Below the pieces are notes generated by a model. The model did not search any database. It saw only the letters and a list, made by a program, of their open reading frames with translations, and was not told the DNA's origin. The translations under genes and the position numbers were made by a program. Positions 1-7,938 of a stretch of DNA of 10,375 bases are shown here, piece after piece. Source of the stretch: an uncultured archaeon (GTDB lineage Archaea; Micrarchaeota; Micrarchaeia; Micrarchaeales; CABMGC01); the NCBI GenBank assembly GCA_963787445.1, contig CAWBCT010000019.1, forward strand, positions 1 to 10,375, read 5' to 3'. Position 1 is the first letter of the stretch. Each line of letters starts with the position of its first letter.

Positions 1-2
1 AC

Positions 3-152
3 GCAGACATACCCCTCAAAGTTCGGGAGGAGATAATACTCGTTCTTGATGGAGAGCCCATAACTTGGAATGCAGCGTATATAGAGATAAAGAATGATAC
101 TGCGAATTCAGATAAGATACTCAGTAAGCTTACGGAGATGGAGTTGATATGA
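3..152 (+). CDS. 5'-truncated small hypothetical protein (C-terminal 49 aa), first visible gene of the protease cassette
   Basis: Frame 3 is open from the window edge: ADIPLKVREEIILVLDGEPITWNAAYIEIKNDTANSDKILSKLTEMELI*. The stop TGA at 150-152 overlaps the next ATG at 149-151 (ATGA coupling). Not in the ORF track because its start lies outside the window. Confidence 0.8.
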   Translation, partial: ADIPLKVREEIILVLDGEPITWNAAYIEIKNDTANSDKILSKLTEMELI

Positions 153-370
153 GCAAACAAATATCCAAAGAGGTAAAGGAGTTAGTAATTGCAAGGCTTG
201 AGGTTATGTCAAGCAGCATGAGAATCTCTATAGGCTCCTATGGAACATTTTCCAAAGAGGATCTTAAGAAGCACGTTGAAGCGGAGGACCCAATCGGTAA
301 AAAAGTGATAGAGGTGCAGATGTCCTTCCTGCGCTCGATAAAAGACGGCAAGCTCTATATTCAGAGTTAA
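149..370 (+). CDS. Small hypothetical protein (73 aa), predicted helix-hairpin-helix-helix architecture
   Basis: Complete ORF, ATGA-coupled to the upstream gene and ending 4 nt before the protease ORF. Amphipathic helical pattern. GGAG lies upstream of the start. Confidence 0.85.
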   Translation: MSKQISKEVKELVIARLEVMSSSMRISIGSYGTFSKEDLKKHVEAEDPIGKKVIEVQMSFLRSIKDGKLYIQS

Positions 371-374
371 CTAG

Positions 375-1022
375 ATGGGATGCGTTATGGAACGTCGCAT
401 GCTCGTAACCCTCCCTGACTACGACATGACAACGCACTATCTTTCTGTTTGGGGTAGAAAATCGATAAATGCTGCAGAGGAACATAACATTCAAGTAACC
501 ACATTGGAGAAGGAGAAGGTAAATAGGAAGAATGTCGAAAGTTACCTTTCTGGATTCAAGTTCAATGTAGTATTCCTCAATGGGCATGGAAGCCCTCAGC
601 TTGTAACAGGCCATCTGGAAGAGCCGGTTATAATTCTCGGTAAAAATGAAGCTGCACTTAAGGGTACGATAACTTACGCAGTATCGTGCAGTTCCGCCAA
701 GGAACTTGGTGACAGCACAATACTTGCAGGAGCACGTTGCTACGTAGGCTATACAGAGGATTTCATTTTTGTTCTAGATGATAATAACTCAACACACCCG
801 TCTGAGGATAAGCTTGCTGGATTGTTCCTAGAACATACGTATGTTTTCATGAACGGGCTGTTCAGGGGGGCTTCGGTGGGTGATGCGTATGAAAAGGCGC
901 GGGAGTCGTTGTGGTCTAGCATATCCATAGCTGAAAGCAGCGGCAATAAAGGGATACTCAGCTGGCTGGTTTGGGACTACTACGCATTCGTGCTGAAGGG
1001 CGATGGCAGCGCAATGCTGTGA
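375..1022 (+). CDS. Stand-alone caspase-hemoglobinase-fold (clan CD; peptidase C25/gingipain- or CHAT-like) cysteine protease
   Basis: A hydrophobic strand precedes the His-Gly motif VVFLNGHG (H71) and another precedes the Cys motif ITYAVSC (C105). These are followed by GARCYVGY and GASVGDAY, segments typical of C25/caspase-like folds. No signal peptide is visible. The start could instead be the ATG at 387. Confidence 0.75.
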   Translation: MGCVMERRMLVTLPDYDMTTHYLSVWGRKSINAAEEHNIQVTTLEKEKVNRKNVESYLSGFKFNVVFLNGHGSPQLVTGHLEEPVIILGKNEAALKGTITYAVSCSSAKELGDSTILAGARCYVGYTEDFIFVLDDNNSTHPSEDKLAGLFLEHTYVFMNGLFRGASVGDAYEKARESLWSSISIAESSGNKGILSWLVWDYYAFVLKGDGSAML

Positions 1023-1031
1023 AAGGTTGGG

Positions 1032-4000
1032 TTAGACCTTCTCCACAGCTATGTTCGCGGTCTCCCCTTCGATCTCGAACAGCTTCGCGTTGGGAGAGGC
1101 CGCTTCAACCAGTACAGTCGCGTTCACGTCCTTCTTGATCTTAACCATATTCTCCTTCACCAACCCGGCGAGCAGCGGCGAGCCGGTGTAGTGAACCCTT
1201 ACCCTATCGGGCTTTCTCAACTGCATCTCCTTGCGGAGGAGCTGGATGTGCCTCTCGAACTCCCTGATGAGAGCCTCGGACTGGAGCTCCTTGTCGATCT
1301 GCGGGTCGATGTAGGCTATGCCAGCGCGGAAGGGAACGCTGTTGGGCTTGGAGGCCTTCTCGAGCAGGGTAAAGTGCTCCTTGGTCACCTCAACGGGCCC
1401 CTTGGAAGTATGGAGCGTAAACACCCCCCTGGTTGAGATGCCAGCCTCGAGCGCCTTGGCGTCGGCACCCTTCAAGGCCTCAGCAACGGCCGAGGCCTTA
1501 TCCTTGAAGGAGGGGCCAAGCTTCGCGAACATAGGGCGGATCTCCACCTCAAAGTCCTCGGTGCGCTTGACTTCGAGGTGCTTCAAATTAGTATAGTCTT
1601 CCACAAGCCTTGCGAACCGTTGCAGAGACTGCTCAGATTCCGCCTTGTGGACTTCAAGGGTTGCCTTCGATAAGGGTTGCCTCAACTTGATGTTCGCCTT
1701 CTCCCTGCTGCTCAATATGGCAGTGACCGAGTCCATCGCAAGATCAAATCCAGTCTCAACCTCTGTATTAATCATCTTCTTGCTAACTTTTGGCCAGTCA
1801 TTCAGGAAGATGCTCTCTGCTGAGCCCTCTTTCTTGTAATATTTCAGATAAAGATACTCTGAAGTGAACGGGATGAACGGCGAATAGGCCGTGATCAGTG
1901 TATAAAGTAGGTAGTTAATTAGGTCCAGGGTCTTCTTTGCCTCTGACCTGCTCCCATCGATTATCCTCTTCTTGGCTATCTTGAGGTAGAATCTGCTCAA
2001 ATCATTAAGGCAGAACTCGCCTAGAGCGTTATTCGCTACCTGAACTTCGTACTTCTCAAGAGACTCACTCGCCGTCTTCAGAGTAGAGTTTAGCCTCGAC
2101 ACAATCCAAACATCCTCCAAATTACTCTTATCATTAATTCTTGGCTTCTTGATCTTGTCTGCCTTGTAGTCTATCGCAGAGGCGTAATCCTCAAACAACT
2201 GGAAAACGTTATACAAAATGTTAATCTTCTTGCTCGCCTCCTTTATCTCATCCTTCTTGAACTGCAAATCAAGCCACTGCGTATGGCTGGAAACCCATAA
2301 TCGATACGCATCCGCGCTGGTAAACGTCAAAAGTTCCTTCAATGAGATGTAATTGCCCCAACTCTTGTGCATCTCCCTTCCATCTTCAGCAAGTAGCATC
2401 CCGTCTATTACCACATTCTTGAAGGGGGTCTTCCCATAGACCATGACGCTGCTCTTCAGTAGTACAGAGAACCACCCCCTTAGTTGGTCCTTACCCTCAA
2501 GATGAAGGCAGCAGGGAACAGCCTCTCGAACTCCTCCTTGCTCAGGCTTGCCACGAAGGCGATGCTCGCATCGAACCAGACATCGGCCACATCGCTTATG
2601 CGGCGCATATGCCCTTGCACTTAGGGCAATCGAGTAAGATTGCATCTACATGAGGCCTATGAAGGTCATGAAGTTTTGCCACTGCCTCCTTATTGTGGGC
2701 CTTCTCTGATAACTCATGAACAGATCCGATAACCTCAATGTGCTTGCACTTGCTCGCACTCCCAGATCGGAATAGGAGTTCCCCAATATCTTTGCCTGGA
2801 GAAACACCAGTCAGGCGAGTTCTGGAGCACATCTCCATCCAAGATTGCGCTTCGGCAGGGTGCCAAGAGACCTTTCGGTTCTCCTTAATTATCTTCTTCT
2901 TGACCTTCTGCACGTTCAGGAACCACTGACGAGTGCCAATCATGATTAGTTTGGTATTGCATCTCCAACAATGAGGATAACTGTGAACTACATTGCCCAC
3001 ATCAAAAGGGCTCCCGTAGTCTTTAAGTATGACAATACCTTCTCATTTGCCTCACCAGGAACAGCGATGCCTTCCAAGGTTCCTGCATCAGAAGTATAGT
3101 GTGCATGTAAGTCAAGAGGCACAAGATTGGTAGTTTGTTCTTCTTGCCTGCCGCATAGTCCTCTGCGCCGTGACCAGGCGCTATGTGGACAAGGCCGCTT
3201 CCTTCAGTTGAGGAGACCAGGCCCTCTTCAAAGATGACCTTGTGAAACTTCCTGAACTCCTTCTGCTTTGGTATCTGGTCCTCAAGAGGGCTCAGATACT
3301 TTATCCCTTCAAGTTCGCTACCGTAGAACTCACTTTCAACGACAGCGCTCTCTCCAAGGACATCAACAACCGCATCAAGACGGCTTTGGGCAATTATGAG
3401 TGACTTGCTGCCAACTGTTGCCTTCACATAACGTCCTTTGGGGTTTACTGCCACGGCTATGTTGGCAGGTATGGTCCATGGTGTGGTGGTCCAGATGAGC
3501 AGGTAGGTGTTGTCATCTATCTTTATCTTTGGCCTTGACGCCTTCGCATCCACCTTGAATGCGACAAATATGGCCGGGTCCTTCTCATCCGAGTAGGAGA
3601 CCTCGAGGGTTCCCTGCGCAAGGACTGTCTCGCAGTGCGTGCAGTAGAGCATGGACTTGAGATCCGAGTAAAGAAGTCCTTTCTCGTACTCTTTCTTAAG
3701 TATCGACCATCCTGCCTCTATGAACTCCCTTTTGTATGCAAAGTACGCATTGTCAAAGTCAAGGGACATGCCGAAGCGCAGATAGTCTCTTTTCATATTA
3801 GGTATAAGGGCGTCGACGAACTCTTTGCAGCGCTTGATGAAGCTCTCGACCCCGATTCCGGTCTCGATATCCCTCTTGGAGGTTATCTTAAGCTCCCTCT
3901 CCACCTTATTTTCGATAGGAAGGCCATGGACGTCGTAGCCGGCGCGGTCATGGACATCCCAACCGTTGAGGCGCCTATACCTCAGAAGGATGTCCTTGAC

Positions 4001-4167
4001 ATCCTTTACCCAGATTTGACCAGGATGAAGCTCGCCGGAGGCGTAAGGGGGCCGTCTAGGAAGTAGAAGGGTTTCTTGCCCTTGTTCTTGGCGCGTGTCT
4101 TCTCGAGGATGCCGTTCTCGCTCCAGTACTTAAGAACCTCCTCTTCGTTCTTATTAAGGTCGAACAC
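1032..4167 (-). CDS. ileS: Isoleucine--tRNA ligase (archaeal/eukaryote-like type 2), interrupted by about 7 single-base indels
   Basis: GTG start at 4167 ([19 protein letters not shown]...FYFLDGP[P][10 protein letters not shown]). Motifs recovered across frames: [10 protein letters not shown], editing-domain WTTTPWT and [61 protein letters not shown], and a type-2 C-terminus ([16 protein letters not shown]). Frame breaks lie near 4049, 3118, 2997, 2833, 2753, 2611 and 2501. Confidence 0.95.
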
Positions 4168-4244
4168 GTAGACACCAATGAATAAGAATATAGGCGATGT
4201 GAAGCTCTTAAAGGTTTTGTGTTCTAGAGACTAATGACTAAAAG

Positions 4245-4752
4245 ATGGAAGTGAACCAGATGCACGTTGAAGTACATTATAGAAAGGGTGAAAGTAACAA
4301 AAAGTTCAATCAGATAGTTGGAGTTGTTTCGTCCGCATTAAGTGAACTTGAAGGGAATGAACGCATTAGCAGAATTATTAACCAAATTAACCGAAAAATA
4401 AACTAAAAATGTCAGGAAGCTTGGCAGGATGGAGATAAATTATACAATATCTTTGGTGACCGTTTTGGATACCGATTTGACATCTATAATTGGAAAAAAT
4501 AAGACAGCAATTGAGATTGAGGAAAGTGAGGTAAAGTATATCTGGAGAGACTACGTAAAATTGGTAATGGGTTACAGAAAGGGATACGTAGTTAATGCGG
4601 TATTAATTTGTCCATTGAGTTATCATGAGCAGAAAATGAAGACAGGGGTTCCGATTTACTCCACTGCAAAAAAGATTTCCGAATTTATGAGTGATCTTTT
4701 GTGGATGAAGAATCTTGTAATTATAGGATATAGAAAAGGAGATAAAAAATAG
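4245..4752 (+). pseudogene. Disrupted PD-(D/E)xK restriction endonuclease, BamHI/BglII/BstYI-like (about 168 codons)
   Basis: ATG 4245 reads MEVNQMHVEVHY...NRKIN, then an in-frame TAA (4404-4406), then continues KCQEAWQDGDKLYNIFGDRFGYRFDIYNWK. A frameshift in the A6 run (4494-4499) joins the tracked ORF at NKTAIEIEESEVKYIWRDYVKL...NAVLICP. The reconstructed FDIY-x5-TAIEIE...RDYVKL resembles the D...ExE/ExQ nuclease core. It lies directly upstream of vsr and a methyltransferase stub. Confidence 0.55.
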
Positions 4753-4767
4753 AAAGCGTGACCTAGT

Positions 4768-5171
4768 ATGGATGTTTTATCTAAGAAACAACGAAGTTAC
4801 TGTATGTCAATGATAAAATCAAAAAACACAAAACCAGAAATTTTAGTAAAAAATATGCTTAAGGGATTGTACTTTGGTTATCAACCAGATATTTATGGGA
4901 GACCAGATTTCGCATCAAAAAAAAAAGAATTGCAATTTTTATTGATGGGTGTTTCTGGCATAAATGTTGAACATGTTTCCAAAAACCATCATCTAACCAA
5001 AAATTTTGGTTAAACAAAATAAATAAAAATGTGGGAAGAGACAGGAAAGTAGGCAAAAATTTGAGATCTGAAGGATGGACTGTGATTAGAATAAGTGAGT
5101 GCCAGGTTAAGAATAGTATAAATACACTACAATTGAAAGATTTAATTGGGGTAAACTCTAATGACAATTAA
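4768..5171 (+). pseudogene. vsr: Very-short-patch repair endonuclease, disrupted
   Basis: The N-terminus MDVLSKKQRSYCMSMIKSKNTKPE...GRPDF is diagnostic. After a frameshift in the A10 run (4917-4926) it continues RIAIFIDGCFWHKC*TCFQKPSSNQKFWLNKINKNVGRDRKVGKNLRSEGWTVIRISEC, with an in-frame TGA at 4968-4970 and a final TAA at 5169-5171. Confidence 0.9.
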
Positions 5172-5229
5172 AATATTGGATTTGTTTGCTGGTGCCGGAG
5201 GTTTGTCGCTTGGTTTTTTCGCCATTTGA
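5161..5229 (+). pseudogene. dcm: N-terminal stub of a DNA cytosine-5 methyltransferase (motif I only)
   Basis: MTIKILDLFAGAGGLSLGFFAI* contains the C5-MTase SAM-binding motif I (DLFAGAGG) and overlaps the vsr 3' end. I could not find motif IV (PC) or motif VI (ENV) downstream. Confidence 0.85.
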
Positions 5230-5377
5230 GTTACCTTTTTCATAGCGTATTTAAATTTCCCATTACCTACTTAATTTCTTATGATTCTTATATGTTCGCT
5301 TTGTCTAGAAATAGAAATTTGTAGAATACGAGATTTAACAAGCCTTAACCCGTCTGGCTTACGCTCTTCACGCTATC

Positions 5378-5707
5378 TTACCTCCTTCTAAGACTCATAA
5401 ACGATCTTCGTCTGCTTTCAACAGCCTTACCTTTAACACCACCCTCTTCGTCTTCCTCTTCTTCCCCTTGCGTAGTAGCACTTCCTTGATTTGAGAACCC
5501 CTTCTGCAGGTCGTTCCTGTTCAGTACCAGCCCATCCCAGATGGCTAAGGCTCCAGGATCCCTCCTTAGGGCTGACTCGGCGAAGACTCTAAGTAGGTCT
5601 AATTTTTTTATCGGGGCACTTTCCGGAGTGACGAGAGGAGTCCTAGTCGCTGGCGCTCTCGTTTTGGTTCTGACTTCAGCTACCATTTCCTCGATTAAAT
5701 AACTCAT
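5378..5707 (-). CDS. Hypothetical protein (109 aa) with an acidic tract and Arg-rich C-terminus
   Basis: ATG-initiated ORF that fills the gap between the RM remnant and the NUDIX gene, with an AT-rich upstream region. No recognisable motif. Confidence 0.5.
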   Translation of the reverse strand: MSYLIEEMVAEVRTKTRAPATRTPLVTPESAPIKKLDLLRVFAESALRRDPGALAIWDGLVLNRNDLQKGFSNQGSATTQGEEEEDEEGGVKGKAVESRRRSFMSLRRR

Positions 5708-5834
5708 TCCAAATATTTATACATTCTGTACAGTTGGATCTTTATCAAAGGAAAAGGTGTGATACACACAATATCAATATTGGTCGCAACTGATTAATAA
5801 CCTTTTTGTTTAGGTATTCGCATCGGGTGTTTTG

Positions 5835-6287
5835 GTGAAGAAGTGTCTGGTTTCTACGACTATTGTGTTTGACAAGGATCATAAGAATGTAATATTGCTC
5901 AATCATAAGAAACTTGAGGTATGGATGCCACCTGGAGGCCATATTGAACTAGGAGAACTGCCACCTAAAGCGGCGTCGAGGGAGGAAATGAAAGAGACGG
6001 TCGAAAAGTGAAGCTACTATACACAAAGAACAAGGTTAAAGGGAGACGGGAACGAGAGAGGTCCAGAACCACGTAGGACATTAACGAGAACGTAGAGGAA
6101 AAGGACGAGCCCCATCTGCATTTCGATATGGTCTACATAGCTGAAGCAGAGAGCAAAAACGCCGCTATGAGCCATGAATGACAGACATGGGATGGTTTGA
6201 CAGGAAATGAATACAACAGTTGAAGATGTTCCCTAATGTCCGTTCAGTGCTGAGGCTGCCTTCAAGGAGTTCGGCAGCAAAGAATAA
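5835..6287 (+). pseudogene. NUDIX hydrolase, multiply disrupted
   Basis: GTG at 5835 reads VKKCLVSTTIVFDKDHKNVILLNHKKLEVWMPPGGHIELGELPPKAASREEMKET (Nudix box). Fragments in other frames follow: NENVEEKDEPHLHFDMVYIAEA, DMGWFDRK*IQQLKMFPNVRSVL and EAAFKEFGSKE*. Confidence 0.8.
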
Positions 6288-6325
6288 AGTATATGGTTTT
6301 ATTGCTATAGTTTCTATCTGGTATT

Positions 6326-7938
6326 ATGAAGTTCAAGAACGAGTTCACCTACCGTAAGTTCCTTGAGGAAGGGAAAGAGACGGAATTCGATAGGCATTTC
6401 GATAATAGCGTGGCCAAGATACAAGTGGGACGCTCGGGAAGACCTTCCCAATTTACATAAACGGTAAAGAAGTCCGCACAAAAGAGGAATTAGTCGAGTA
6501 TTCTCCTATTAACGGCTCCTTGATCGGCAGATTCCAGAAAGGTGATAGAAACACAGCCATAGAGGCCATCTCAGCCGCCAAGGCAGCCTTCCACTCATGG
6601 TCAACCACTAACTACAAAGACAGGATCAAAATCCTCAGAAACGCTGCCTCCATAATCTCCACCAAGAAGTTCGAGCTCGCCGCCATCCTCAGCATAGAGA
6701 ATGGGAAGACGCGCTACGAGTCTATCGGAGAGGTGGACGAGGCGATAGACTTCATCAACTACTACTGCATAGAGATGGAGCGTAACAAGGGTTTCATCAG
6801 GAGGTCAAAGCTTATCGGCACTAAAGAAACCGTAAAAGCCGGTTTCCAGGGGGCTCCTGGCCAGAAGGAGAAGGCCACCATACTATTCAAGCCCTACGGG
6901 GTCTTCGGGGTGATCGCACCCTTCAACTTCCCAGTCTCCATCTCAACGGGCATGAGCGTGGGGGCCATGCTCACGGGCAACACAGTGGTGTTCAAGCCCT
7001 CCTGCACGGACAACGTGTCCATGCTTACCGGCCTCAAGCTTTACGAGATCTTCAAGGAGGCAGGGCTTCCGGACGGGGTGTTTAACTACGTAACAGGTCC
7101 AGGCTCAGAAGTGGGTGACGCCTTACTAACCAGCCCGGACGTCGCTGGCATCGCCTTCACCGGCTCCCGCGAGACCGGCCTGTCCATGATCGCCAAGTCC
7201 TACGCCCTCAGGCAGCAGAAGGTCTTCATAGTCGAGATGGGCGGGAAGAATGCCGCTATCGTTACTAAAAACGCCAACCTCGACGATGCGGCCTCGGGCA
7301 TAAGCAGCGCGGCCTTCGGCTTCAGCGGGCAGAAGTGCAGCGCCTGCTCGCGCGTCTACGTGCACGAGTCCGTGAAGGAGGAGTTCGTGAGCAAGCTGCT
7401 GGAGAGGACCAGGTCATTGAAGATAGGGGATCCTTTAATCAAGGGCAACTACATCGGCCCGCTCATAAGCGTGAAGGCGCTGGAGAGGTACAAGGAGACG
7501 GTTACGCAGCTCAGGAAGGAGCACATAATGACAGGAGGCAATCTGGTGGAGACGGGCGTGGAGGGCCTTTACGTGGAGCCGGTGGTCGCAGAGGCAGAGC
7601 ACGGCAACCCGCTGTTCAAGAAGGAGCTCTTCCTGCCAATATTGCTGGTTGACACTTACAAGAAGCTTGAGGATGCCATAAGGATGGCCAACGACTCCGA
7701 GTACGGGCTCACGGCCGGACTGTACAGCAAGAAGACATCGGAGATCAAGCAGTTCCTAAACTCCATAGAAGCGGGCACGGTTTACGTTAATAGGGCCGTA
7801 AGCGCCACAACGGGTGCGATAGTGGGCTTCCACACCTTCGTGGGCTGGAAGGGCAGCGGGCTCACCGGGAAGGGCACCGGGAGCAGGGAGTACCTCCAGC
7901 AGTTCATGCGCGAGCAGAGTCAGGCGGTGGTGAAGTAG
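6326..7938 (+). CDS. NAD-dependent aldehyde dehydrogenase, most like 1-pyrroline-5-carboxylate dehydrogenase (RocA/PruA-type); one frameshift near 6420-6427
   Basis: ALDH motifs IAPFNFP, FKPS, FTGS, catalytic EMGGKN, GQKCSACSR (P5CDH-type), ELFLP and YGLTAG. The true start is probably ATG 6326 (MKFKNEFTYRKF...), which joins TLGKTFPIYINGKEV...SPINGSLIGRF in the tracked frame. Confidence 0.85.

Noticed and set aside
264-946. Minus-strand ORFs 264-614 and 749-946
   Set aside because: Antisense shadows of the well-supported plus-strand cassette genes, with no motifs.
1032-3904. Treating the three tracked minus-strand ORFs as a naturally split IleRS or as programmed frameshifting
   Set aside because: The breaks fall inside conserved motifs, are numerous, lack slippery heptamers and mostly look like single-base losses in short runs.
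1191-4066. Plus-strand ORFs 1191-1436, 1318-1596, 1645-1839, 2738-2929 and 3635-4066
   Set aside because: All are antisense to ileS and have no recognisable features.
4968-4970. In-frame TGA in vsr (and in the NUDIX gene) as selenocysteine or a reassigned stop codon
   Set aside because: TGA serves as a normal stop for genes ending at 152, 1022 and 8572, and both affected genes carry other lesions.
4859-5942. Minus-strand ORFs 4859-5167 and 5745-5942
   Set aside because: Antisense shadows of vsr and of the NUDIX pseudogene.
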